The notes beneath the pieces are model-generated. The model saw nothing but the letters and a program-made list of their open reading frames with translations, ran no database searches and was not told the origin of the DNA. Positions 7,735-16,929 of a stretch of 64,000 bases of DNA are shown piece after piece. Made by a program: the position numbers and the translations under genes. The DNA comes from a virus. How positions within the stretch are numbered: the stretch's first letter is position 1; the number at the start of each line of letters is the position of its first letter. The DNA is taken from IMG/VR virus record IMGVR_UViG_3300035681_000001, positions 1-64,000 of that record; one strand, 5' to 3'.

Positions 7735-9618
7735 ATGTCAGGATTCAGCCGGGACAGTTTTGGAGCCTACCTCAAAGAAATAGGTAGATTTGACCTTTTA
7801 AACAAAAAAGACGAACAAGAACTAGGCGCGTTAGTGCAACAGGGTGAAGTCCTTTTAAAGCTAAAAAAGGAAAACCCTAACCACAGCCTAGAACAGTGGG
7901 CGGTCCAAGCCGGCATGACAGTAAAAGAACTACAGCGTGTCTTAACGCGTGCTAAAAGAGCTAAGGATAAACTCATCAAACACAACCTACGCCTAGTGGT
8001 TTCTATAGCCAAAAGATACACTAATCGTGGGCTGTCTATGGTTGACTTAGTACAAGAAGGTACTATCGGACTCAACCGAGCAGCTGAAAAGTTTGATCCT
8101 ACTAAAGGATTTAAGTTTTCTACTTACTCTTGCGTACCCTTAACCACTGAGATCTTCACCCAACGCGGCTGGTTAAAGTACCACGAACTTGAACCCGGAG
8201 ACCAAACCATTGGATACGACCAAGGTGTCAGTAAGTGGACCCCTATTTTAGGTAGCAAAGTTTACGACACAGCTCCACTAGTAAGTTTTGGAGACTCTAG
8301 GTGGTCTGTTCAATGCACTGACCAACACAAATGGTTAGTCAACGACCAAGGTACTACTAAACTCATACCTTTAAAAGAAATTGATCTTAATAAAAAAGCT
8401 CGTTTAGTAACTTCTGCTCCTTTTGTAGGAGGTAACAGCCCTTTAACTGAAACTGAAGCCGCCGCACTAGCTTGGATTCTTTACGGTATCGTTGACTACG
8501 AAGAACTCAAGTCTGAAAGAATTCAAATCCGATGCCCAGTAGAGTTCACCGAAGAGGTACTAAACCTATTCCAACAGTATTCTTCAGTAGTTTCTGCGCA
8601 GCCAGGTAGTGTTGTAATAAATAACAAAGCACTAGCAAAAATTTGGGAAAAATCAGGCCTAGTAAAACAGGACCTATTAGCTTTAGTAGTAGGCCTAAAA
8701 CCTGAGGCACGCAAAGCGTGGTTTGAAGTTTTTGCTAAAACCCAAACAGTAGCACTTAGATCCAAAGAAAAAGTAGCTGCGCTAGCACTTTGTGCTTTCT
8801 TGGAGGGTTACAGCGAGGTTCAGGTAGAGGGAAGATGGGTCCAATACAAGATTAAAGACTACAACGTCCAAAAAACCTACGCTGAAATCTTTAATCTTCC
8901 ATTTACAGTAGAACCCGCTGGTACTGCTGCAGTTTGGTGCCCTAATACTGAATTAGGTACTTGGACTGCTCGCACTGCTGAAGGTCAAGTGTTCTTGACA
9001 GGTAATACTTGGTGGATACGTCAGGGCATTACACGTGCAGTAGCAGTTCACTCACGAACCATTAGGTTACCAGTACACATATTTGAACGACTAAATAAGA
9101 TCAAAAAGGCTACTAGAGAGCTCTACCAGCAAACAGGCAAACAACCCAGCATATTTCAGATCGCCACTCAATTAAAAGAAAAACCCAAAAAGATTTTACA
9201 ACTAATGGAGTATGCAAAAACAACAAAGTCAATTGACACGTTGTTGAGTGACACCAATGGTACCAGTTGCTTGGCTGATTTCTTAGTAGACGATGTAACC
9301 CTCAGCCCAGAACAGCAAGTAGAAAAAGAACTAAATGCAGCTTACACACAAAAGCTACTGAAAGGTCTCACCGAACAAGAAACTAAGATTATCAAAGACC
9401 GTTATGGTATTGGACTAGAAGAACCTATTCCCCTAAAAGATATTGGTGTAGCGTTGGGCATCACTACTGAAAGAGTAAGACAAATAGAACGTCGAGCTTT
9501 GGAAAAACTAAGAGAAACTCATCTATTCCATGAAAAGCACCGCCCGAAACTCAAAAGCTCTAAGCAAATTAAAACGCAAAGTAAACCACTAGAACCTAAA
9601 GCTGAACTAGACTCGTAA
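7735..9618 (+). CDS. rpoD: RpoD-like sigma-70 factor, intein-containing precursor
   Basis: Contains region 1.2 (DSFGAYLKEIGR), region 2 (NLRLVVSIAKRY...DLVQEGTIGLNRAAEKFDPTKGFKFSTY/TWWIRQGITRA) and region 4 (TTERVRQIERRALEKLR). ATG 7735 is preferred over GTG 7696. Confidence 0.92.
   Translation: MSGFSRDSFGAYLKEIGRFDLLNKKDEQELGALVQQGEVLLKLKKENPNHSLEQWAVQAGMTVKELQRVLTRAKRAKDKLIKHNLRLVVSIAKRYTNRGLSMVDLVQEGTIGLNRAAEKFDPTKGFKFSTYSCVPLTTEIFTQRGWLKYHELEPGDQTIGYDQGVSKWTPILGSKVYDTAPLVSFGDSRWSVQCTDQHKWLVNDQGTTKLIPLKEIDLNKKARLVTSAPFVGGNSPLTETEAAALAWILYGIVDYEELKSERIQIRCPVEFTEEVLNLFQQYSSVVSAQPGSVVINNKALAKIWEKSGLVKQDLLALVVGLKPEARKAWFEVFAKTQTVALRSKEKVAALALCAFLEGYSEVQVEGRWVQYKIKDYNVQKTYAEIFNLPFTVEPAGTAAVWCPNTELGTWTARTAEGQVFLTGNTWWIRQGITRAVAVHSRTIRLPVHIFERLNKIKKATRELYQQTGKQPSIFQIATQLKEKPKKILQLMEYAKTTKSIDTLLSDTNGTSCLADFLVDDVTLSPEQQVEKELNAAYTQKLLKGLTEQETKIIKDRYGIGLEEPIPLKDIGVALGITTERVRQIERRALEKLRETHLFHEKHRPKLKSSKQIKTQSKPLEPKAELDS
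8131..9006 (+). mobile_element. intein (292 aa) with a degenerate LAGLIDADG-like core
   Basis: Starts CVPLTTEIFTQRGW and ends GQVFLTGN, with Thr at +1. Removal restores KFSTYS-TWWIRQ of sigma regions 2.3/2.4. Confidence 0.93.
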
Positions 9619-9631
9619 GTAGTGAGGTTGT

Positions 9632-9952
9632 ATGTACGATCATCCACTAGCTACTTACGAGTCTGAAGAAGACGGTATCACTGAGTGTAATGCTTGGGGG
9701 TATGTATCCGGGCTAACTCACTCTTATTTTGAGAACCAGGATTCTGCTGCTGGTGGGGTTATTAAAGAATATTTAAGTTTATGTGGCGCACCAGCACCAT
9801 ATTGCCGAGCTCTGATTCGCTCGTACAAAAAGTTTAAAAACACTGCAATACTAAGAGAAATACAATGTTTAGCAGCTACAGCCTTAGAACAAGAAGACGA
9901 AAATCTTGAAGACTTAGAAGTAGGTCCGCAAAATCCATACAACCCGCAATAA
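9632..9952 (+). CDS. hypothetical protein
   Basis: 106-aa acidic ORF in the plus-strand array. Confidence 0.65.
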   Translation: MYDHPLATYESEEDGITECNAWGYVSGLTHSYFENQDSAAGGVIKEYLSLCGAPAPYCRALIRSYKKFKNTAILREIQCLAATALEQEDENLEDLEVGPQNPYNPQ

Positions 9953-10011
9953 GTGTTAAAGGCTACCTTAATACAGATAGACTGGTGAGGTAGACCACCT
10001 GCGGTAATAAA

Positions 10012-10266
10012 ATGACTGTAGATCCTCAAGATATACCCACCCCTGGAGGGTGGAAATACCTTGTTTATGGCATTGGAATTATCGTGGGGTCCACCGCACT
10101 AATGGGACTATTTTCGTTTGCTTGGCAGGTTTCTTTGCAACTTAACTCCTCATCCCAAACACTCAGTGAACTCAAAAAAGACTATGAGGCTAATAAAATA
10201 GAGACTAACACCCGTCTTCGAGATTTAGAAACCAATCGGTACTCAACTAAAGAGGGTACAAATTAA
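10012..10266 (+). CDS. single-TM plus coiled-coil membrane protein (holin-like candidate)
   Basis: A hydrophobic segment (LVYGIGIIVGSTALMGLFSFAW) is followed by a heptad pattern. Confidence 0.65.
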   Translation: MTVDPQDIPTPGGWKYLVYGIGIIVGSTALMGLFSFAWQVSLQLNSSSQTLSELKKDYEANKIETNTRLRDLETNRYSTKEGTN

Positions 10267-10271
10267 ATAGC

Positions 10272-10299
10272 AAGTCATGCTACGTAAGTAGCATGACTT
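10272..10299. terminator. perfect 12-bp hairpin between convergent genes
   Basis: AAGTCATGCTAC-GTAA-GTAGCATGACTT lies between the stop codons of convergent ORFs. Confidence 0.6.
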
Positions 10300-10314
10300 A
10301 AGCCCTCAGTAATT

Positions 10315-10764
10315 TTAACTTTCTTCTAAATCAGGCAGCTGATAGGTGTCCGCCAGGCCATTAGCTGCCAGCAACCCCCCGATCTCGGCCCAGTGGGCTG
10401 CGGTTAGGTTGGTGGCTGCAACGGCTACGTCTGTCAGCGACTGCTGCAGGGCGGCGACATTAGCAAAGCCCAGCTTTGCATCGGTTAGGTTGGCAATTAG
10501 CTCCAGGTTGGCCGTCATCAGCTGCGGCGAGGCTGCTGTTTGAGTTTTAATTGTTTGATAGGCGGCAGTTGTTATCAATCCGTTGTAGAACGCTCGATAG
10601 CGAGCGCCGGAATCTGTGATGCGCGGGCCGGTAGTCCACGCCTGGCGCATCATCCCATCTTCGCCGCGAACGGGGTTGAGGGGGATGAGGACTTCCGTTT
10701 CGGGGTCGTACTCGGGGGGAGTGGTGCGGAAGATGTGAATAGCGGGCGCAGGGAAGGTGTTCAT
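10315..10764 (-). CDS. tail fibre-associated (chaperone-like) protein
   Basis: PPEYDPETEVL...P...DG...QAW motif typical of genes downstream of tail fibres. GC-rich. Confidence 0.65.
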   Translation of the reverse strand: MNTFPAPAIHIFRTTPPEYDPETEVLIPLNPVRGEDGMMRQAWTTGPRITDSGARYRAFYNGLITTAAYQTIKTQTAASPQLMTANLELIANLTDAKLGFANVAALQQSLTDVAVAATNLTAAHWAEIGGLLAANGLADTYQLPDLEES

Positions 10765-13700
10765 TAGGTGAAGTAGCGATTGGTGGTCATTGATCCAGTC
10801 ACTGTAGTTGCTGTTGTCACATCGACACCCCTATAGAACGCTTGAACTACCAGGTTAAGGGGGTTGTCCGAAGAGTTGGTGTAAGAAACTTGGGACTGGC
10901 CCGCTGCGTAGGTGAGGGTTGCGTTGCTAGTCAACTCTGTCCCGCTGGTGGCCATTTGCCATACGCTGTCAGTGTAGGAAGCATCGCGCATGTATTTAGT
11001 GCCTGTAAAATACAATACTCCAATGGGGCCGGATGTGGTTGCGTCTACGTTTCCAAAGGTGCCCGCCATTCCGTAGTGTTTGTTGGTATTAGTATAACCA
11101 AAATGCCAACTAGAATAGCCTCCAGTGCGTACACTAGAACCTTGATTAAGTAGCGCAACAAGGTTGTTAAGTGATGCGCCACGGCTGCCGTCAGTCGCGG
11201 CACGATTTGACATAAGGCCATAGTTACCGTTGTCGTCAAGAATATGGATACAGTTAGTGTCAAAATTGCGATCAATAGATCCGTTTGAGCTCATGTTAGC
11301 ACCGGCATAGGCGGTAAAGAACACGCCTACATCCAAACCCCTACCTTGGCCGTAGCTTCCAACGTAGGTCTGCGTATTTTTGGTGCCGTAATTACTATCT
11401 GCAATTATCGAAACACCTTTTGCTACTGCCTTTGGCAAGTTTGTAAGCCTTGAATTGCCGAGGAAATATATGCCGCCAGAGTAAATATCTACATGACCAT
11501 TTACCGAAATAACGGCTCCAGGGCCACCACCGCCGCCCAGACTTCCCGCGCCGGTGCCTTTTGCCCCCAGTATTATATCGCGTAAGTAAAAAGACCCTTC
11601 GCTTACAAAGATATTTGAACCGCTGTAAAATCCATACAGTGTCAAACCTGTTGGCACAACGGCGTCGATGTAGTCATCCAGTATACTTTGAATTGTAGCC
11701 GAGTCAGATCTATACGGGGCTAGGTCGCCGAAAAGGAATGATGGATAATTAGCCGTGTCCCTAATGGTAGAAAGCAGCGATGCCCAACCGACTCCTTGCG
11801 TAATTCCGCCATACAAGAATGTAAGCGGGACAGGGTTTGCGTTAAAAATTACATAAGGATTACTTTGGAGCTGAGATAGTCCAGTGGCAAAAAGGGGTAT
11901 TACAAAAGGACCGCGAGCATCGTGTAGTGCTTTGACATCAGTAGTGGGTTTTGTGGCGGCTGTTGTATAGCTAGCCACAACATTAGTGGCGGGAAATCTA
12001 GCTGTTGCTCCGACGACCTCGGCGATGTGGCGGAATGCGGGAGGCCCTGCCCAATACGGCCCATTGGCGAGCTGGTATCTGACAGTCTCAAACTGGGTGA
12101 AAACTTCGTTTGCATAGGCGACGGCAGCCCTAAATGTAACTGCAGTCGCTCCCGTCAGAGGTGGAGCATCGAATACTTCTGTGGTTGACCTAGCTGGGTT
12201 GAGCGTCAGCGTAGCCGAAGTCCCGTCAAAGTTAAAAGTCTGTCCTGCTGCTGTTGCGCTATCAGGCACAACATAGAGAGTGGTAATTCCGGTTTTGCGG
12301 GTAAGCACTCCTGCGTTTCGCGCCCAGTAGTTCAAGCCTTTAAGACTTACAATTTCAGGCGAGTTGTCCAAACTTGAGTTTAGCTCTGCGTCATTTGCGC
12401 CGCTCAGAGTATTGCTAGAACGCAGTGCAGCAGCATTGGCTAGCCTAACCGTCCCTAGGCTTGTAGTCTTGCCGGCACTGGAGCTTGGGAATAGCAAGCT
12501 AGCTAAAGAGCTTAGGTTCCATACTCCAGAGCCAGTTAATCCATTAATTGAGATATTGGAAAAACTCTCTTGCTGGGTATTTTCCGTTCCAGCCTGGTCG
12601 CCAGCCAACACTGTTTCGCCTGTTTCAGTATCAGTAAGGCCTCTATTTGTTACAACTTGCCCGTTTTCGTTGACACCATTTACTATTACTCGCCCGCCAC
12701 CGCCATTGGTAAAATACAGCGAAAATAGGTTGGACGCTGACATTGGCTTCTGCGCTGCCGGCAAAGCAGTGGAGTAATTGCCATGGCCAGCTCCTTGGTC
12801 GTAGGTGAAGTTTGAAAGCGTGATCGTGGTCGGCCGACGGAACTCCACTGCCCAACGAGCGAGGCCAGACGCGGCGCCACCAGATGGCGCTGAGGGAAAA
12901 TCCGCTGTGCTAGATGGATTGAGTCTACGAGTAGCTGCGGTGCGTGGTATAAGTGCTGTCCAAACAGCAGCATCCGAAAAACCAAGGGCCCGCAGCAGTG
13001 CGTACAGACCTAGTAAGTCGGTACCAGTGCGATATTGATCCCGGACAGGACCAGCATTATTAAAAATTGTAGACCAGTTTATGCCGCAGCTTGTGGTTAT
13101 GTCGTTTGGGTCGGTATCGGTATCAAAAACAATTTGAGGCGCTTCATTGGTATTAGGCTCTTCCGGATTATAAGCTTCTGGCATATGCACGTAAGCTTCG
13201 TCCCAATCGGCTGATGGAGGAGTTGATGCGATGGCATAATTGTTCCTAGTAGCCTTAAAGTGTTTGTTAAGAGCCTTAACTACTACACCCTTTCGATAGA
13301 ACGTGCCAACTGTGTACGTGGTACTGGGGCAGCTGCGCCGTAGCGTTACTCGTGCACCAAAGTCTGTTTTACTAGTGCTGGTAACAGCTAGTACTTCTTC
13401 CCCATCTGGGATCAAATTTCGCGTAATACCTCCACCCAATACGTTTAGCGATGTTTGTAAAATTGCTGATCTACTTGGCGTGCGACTACCAATTGATGTT
13501 GTCAATTCCAGAGATGCTGAACGTTCTGCCAAAGTGCGGCTATCTACTACACGGCGAATGTAAACAGATTTCCCGATAGCGTTGCTAATACCGAAGCTGC
13601 TGGGCACAGCTGCATTGGTTCCGCTTTGGCTCAATGCCGCTGTGATGTTGATTCGAGCAGGGGTGCCAGGCGTCCAGGCTGTAGTAGTAAGCAAAGCCCG

Positions 13701-15902
13701 CCAATCGTCGCCTTCAGGGTTTTCAACCCATACGTAAGTACCGCCCGGCAAAGAATAACCGTCTGCGGCCACTAACTGAGGGATTGTACCTGTGCTATCA
13801 GCGGCCAAAGCCTGCAACAGGGTGATGTTAGATGCGCTATGGCTTGCCACCACCCCCAACGTGATTCGCCTGATTGCAGGTGTTTTTTCGGATGGGTGAA
13901 GTGGGACTCTAATGCCATCTATCAACCAGCCTTTGTCCAGCGGAACAGCGGTTCGGCCGTAGCCTGTGGCAAGCGCAGCGCAACTGCCAAATGTAAAATT
14001 TCCGTTCGATGAGACAATTTCCCCCCCCAGGTCTGCTCGCGCCCTTGCAGTGTGACCAACACCAAAAACAGAAACCTCGCTACAGAAAGCATCTCTGATT
14101 ACCAGTAGATGGCAGTGAGCACGTTGGGGCTTGATCCGTCTATTATCAGGGATTGTATCTATATAAGCCTGAAGGCTGGTAGGGGTAATCCAGCTACCAC
14201 CAAAATAAATTTGCAGGCTATTTACGTCTTTTTGGAGGGAAATTCCAGTAAACTGGGCTGTAATTGTAGATTTTAGACCACCTAAGTTGTCTCCATTGAT
14301 GAACAGACCACCCATACCCCACTCACTACGCACGCTGATGCGTTCGGGGTAGGCAGATGCGCCCTGTACTGTATCCCAAGCAGAACTTGGGGTGCCAGTA
14401 AATGCGCCAACTACTTGGTACTCACTTCCTCGTGCTACGCTCAACGCAGCAGAAAGATTAGCTCCAGAGCCCAGTGCGGTATAAGCCTTGGTGTAAAACG
14501 AATTTAGATGTGACTGAGATGGGTAACCTAATGCGTAGAGCAAGTGTAATGATTGATTTTGACCGATAGGATCACGAAAGGTAAAATCAAGCGCATGTAC
14601 GTCGGGTGTCTGATATAAAACACAACGAATATTGCTGTAATCGCTAGCGATATCTGCAGGGGCTGGTGCCCACATTGGTATCAATACGGTCTTACGTAAG
14701 TCTTCACCGTCAAAAGCAGCACCTCGTGGTAAAAGCACCCCTCCAAGGGTATTGTCGTTAAATGCAATTAGCTCCTGCCAAGTAGGAACCTTACCATTAG
14801 TCCAAGTGCTGATAGGAACAGCGCTTGAATGAGATCCTGGGTGGTTGTAAATAAACTGCGGACCTGATGCCATGTGAATAATCACACAGTCACGGTGAGC
14901 CCGAGGATCAGTAAATGTGTACCAGCTTAAGGATGTAATTATGTAAGCTTCTAGTACTGCTCTGTTAAGAGTTTTGAAAGGGGTAATTCTTGTATAACCA
15001 CACTCCAAACGTTGGTTGCGAATACGCTTGAGTTTTTGGGCAATTTTCTCTTCGTCGGTGCCGCTTGACTCAAAGCTATTAAAATCTCCAGTTACAAATG
15101 TGTCTCGGCCAAGAATATCATCAACGTAAAGATGAAACGGAGCCGTAAGCGGATCACTAGGTTCTGCTGAGCCGCCAGCAACATTAACATTGCCTACCAG
15201 TTGACGCAGGGTAGAAGCCATCACTGAGGATTGGACAGCAGTGTTACTAATTTCACCAGCTGCAACAATTACCCACGTAGCGTTAGATGTAGCTCGATAA
15301 TGTACGAAGCCTCTTGTTTTATTAGGAAAAGTATAATTAGCACCGCTTAAAATGTCTACTACAGACAGAGTAAATGCTCCACCAGCTTGCCTTATAATTT
15401 GAAATTCAGTGCCATCTTTTATGCCTGAAGTAGGCAGAGTAATGGTTCTATTTGCAGTCAGCGTTGTATTAAATACCTGTACAAGGTAATCGTTACTGAT
15501 TAGAGTAACATTTACATCACCACGGTTTTGTGTCTGATTAACAGGAATTACTGACTCCCACCCTGTAGGAGTACCATCTGTATTTATCAAGAAAGTTTTA
15601 GTATCAGGTTGCCACCAAAGCTCACCTGTATAGTCTAGTGACTGTCCATTAACTTGGAATTGGTCAGGTCTTACACCTGAATTACCTACATATGCATTGC
15701 CGATACGTATGACTTTATCTGTAGATGAAGTAGTAGCAGTCCTACCTATTCGTAAAAAGAATCCTAATGAAGTACGAATCAAACTGGTGCTAGTAGTACC
15801 TGCTGAACGATGGTTAACTACAGGTTCAGCCCGAGCAAACTCATTTAACTTTGGTACTCGATTAAGAGTACTAGTTTCTTTAACAACAACAATGTCGGAC
15901 AT
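10764..15902 (-). CDS. giant tail fibre-like virion protein (1712 aa)
   Basis: Contains LYVD..LG.D...PFKTLNRA, PRG...G.DLRKT and LKS.ITAQFTGISLQKD motifs typical of cyanophage virion fibre proteins. Paralogue of 16929-23714. Confidence 0.8.
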   Translation of the reverse strand: MSDIVVVKETSTLNRVPKLNEFARAEPVVNHRSAGTTSTSLIRTSLGFFLRIGRTATTSSTDKVIRIGNAYVGNSGVRPDQFQVNGQSLDYTGELWWQPDTKTFLINTDGTPTGWESVIPVNQTQNRGDVNVTLISNDYLVQVFNTTLTANRTITLPTSGIKDGTEFQIIRQAGGAFTLSVVDILSGANYTFPNKTRGFVHYRATSNATWVIVAAGEISNTAVQSSVMASTLRQLVGNVNVAGGSAEPSDPLTAPFHLYVDDILGRDTFVTGDFNSFESSGTDEEKIAQKLKRIRNQRLECGYTRITPFKTLNRAVLEAYIITSLSWYTFTDPRAHRDCVIIHMASGPQFIYNHPGSHSSAVPISTWTNGKVPTWQELIAFNDNTLGGVLLPRGAAFDGEDLRKTVLIPMWAPAPADIASDYSNIRCVLYQTPDVHALDFTFRDPIGQNQSLHLLYALGYPSQSHLNSFYTKAYTALGSGANLSAALSVARGSEYQVVGAFTGTPSSAWDTVQGASAYPERISVRSEWGMGGLFINGDNLGGLKSTITAQFTGISLQKDVNSLQIYFGGSWITPTSLQAYIDTIPDNRRIKPQRAHCHLLVIRDAFCSEVSVFGVGHTARARADLGGEIVSSNGNFTFGSCAALATGYGRTAVPLDKGWLIDGIRVPLHPSEKTPAIRRITLGVVASHSASNITLLQALAADSTGTIPQLVAADGYSLPGGTYVWVENPEGDDWRALLTTTAWTPGTPARINITAALSQSGTNAAVPSSFGISNAIGKSVYIRRVVDSRTLAERSASLELTTSIGSRTPSRSAILQTSLNVLGGGITRNLIPDGEEVLAVTSTSKTDFGARVTLRRSCPSTTYTVGTFYRKGVVVKALNKHFKATRNNYAIASTPPSADWDEAYVHMPEAYNPEEPNTNEAPQIVFDTDTDPNDITTSCGINWSTIFNNAGPVRDQYRTGTDLLGLYALLRALGFSDAAVWTALIPRTAATRRLNPSSTADFPSAPSGGAASGLARWAVEFRRPTTITLSNFTYDQGAGHGNYSTALPAAQKPMSASNLFSLYFTNGGGGRVIVNGVNENGQVVTNRGLTDTETGETVLAGDQAGTENTQQESFSNISINGLTGSGVWNLSSLASLLFPSSSAGKTTSLGTVRLANAAALRSSNTLSGANDAELNSSLDNSPEIVSLKGLNYWARNAGVLTRKTGITTLYVVPDSATAAGQTFNFDGTSATLTLNPARSTTEVFDAPPLTGATAVTFRAAVAYANEVFTQFETVRYQLANGPYWAGPPAFRHIAEVVGATARFPATNVVASYTTAATKPTTDVKALHDARGPFVIPLFATGLSQLQSNPYVIFNANPVPLTFLYGGITQGVGWASLLSTIRDTANYPSFLFGDLAPYRSDSATIQSILDDYIDAVVPTGLTLYGFYSGSNIFVSEGSFYLRDIILGAKGTGAGSLGGGGGPGAVISVNGHVDIYSGGIYFLGNSRLTNLPKAVAKGVSIIADSNYGTKNTQTYVGSYGQGRGLDVGVFFTAYAGANMSSNGSIDRNFDTNCIHILDDNGNYGLMSNRAATDGSRGASLNNLVALLNQGSSVRTGGYSSWHFGYTNTNKHYGMAGTFGNVDATTSGPIGVLYFTGTKYMRDASYTDSVWQMATSGTELTSNATLTYAAGQSQVSYTNSSDNPLNLVVQAFYRGVDVTTATTVTGSMTTNRYFT

Positions 15903-15922
15903 ACAACCTCAAAGTTAATGAA

Positions 15923-16603
15923 TTAAAAATCAGGGGCCGAAGGCCAGTTTAAATATTCAGGACTGTTTACATAAGTCTTTAAACTGGCTAGATTGGTCTT
16001 TGTGGACACTTCGGTCCGTTTGTTGCTAGCTTCTGTGCGAACAGACTCTCTCCAATTACTCCAATCAGTAGGTATGTCTACGTTAATTTCTGATTTTCTA
16101 GTAACCATCCAGTCAGAAGGCTCTAGTAAATTATAAGCCTTAGAACTCACCGCTGCAATCAAATACTTTTTTGCTGCACTCAAAGTCGTAGGTAAGGGAA
16201 AAGCAGACCAAACCCAATTCTCATTAAACCAGTACATTTTAGTGCCTAAAATTACCTGAGCCGGAGGTGCTAATTCAGTAGTATCTGCAGGCTGGGACCA
16301 ACCTAAAGTGTTAACTACTACTGCTTGACCTAAATGCAAGGTTTCAGTGGGTGTAGTAACATAATAAACTTTAGGGTTTTCATAAGCATAGATTATTTCC
16401 TGAGCTTGGTCTAGTTCTGTTTGCCAAGCATCTAAGCTACTAATAGATTCAGGCTGGGCGTTAACATAGTGTACTAGCCCCCTACCTAAAGTATCTGAGA
16501 ACTCTACTAGATCTATAGCAGGATTCATACCACTAAGGTCAACACCTCTAGCTGTGCCTTGTGGTAAGACTATTAGGTTTTCTCTAGGTCTGATTTCAGT
16601 CAC
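15923..16603 (-). CDS. tail fibre assembly chaperone-like protein
   Basis: LLEPSDWMVTRKSE....IPTDWSNWRESVR motif, located downstream of a fibre gene. Confidence 0.65.
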   Translation of the reverse strand: MTEIRPRENLIVLPQGTARGVDLSGMNPAIDLVEFSDTLGRGLVHYVNAQPESISSLDAWQTELDQAQEIIYAYENPKVYYVTTPTETLHLGQAVVVNTLGWSQPADTTELAPPAQVILGTKMYWFNENWVWSAFPLPTTLSAAKKYLIAAVSSKAYNLLEPSDWMVTRKSEINVDIPTDWSNWRESVRTEASNKRTEVSTKTNLASLKTYVNSPEYLNWPSAPDF

Positions 16604-16929
16604 TGCAAGTTACCTGGTGCAATTGCTTGTATTTCTACACCTTCTATTGTAGGTTCTTTACCTAAAGCAGTGTTGAATAAAATATGATTGGTCACGTCAG
16701 CCCGTTTTACTGATTCGTTGCGATGACTTTCAACTGCTGCTGCAGTGTGGCGCTGTTGGTTGGAATTTTCTATTAGTAAAGCAGGTAGCCACTTAAAAGA
16801 ACAATCCCATTCATCCACTTGTTTACCAGTATTAGAATCCCAACCTGTAACATGAGTAAAGAAAACACACTTAGTACCTACGCAGTCTTCGCGGATCAGA
16901 GGGCACCAAGTACCTGTCTGTAGTTGCAT
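16600..16929 (-). CDS. small Cys-rich tail fibre-associated protein
   Basis: CPL...C....C.FF...WDC...LP.LLIENS.QQR.T.AAVES.RNE, a conserved phage family found next to fibre genes. Confidence 0.7.
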   Translation of the reverse strand: MQLQTGTWCPLIREDCVGTKCVFFTHVTGWDSNTGKQVDEWDCSFKWLPALLIENSNQQRHTAAAVESHRNESVKRADVTNHILFNTALGKEPTIEGVEIQAIAPGNLQ

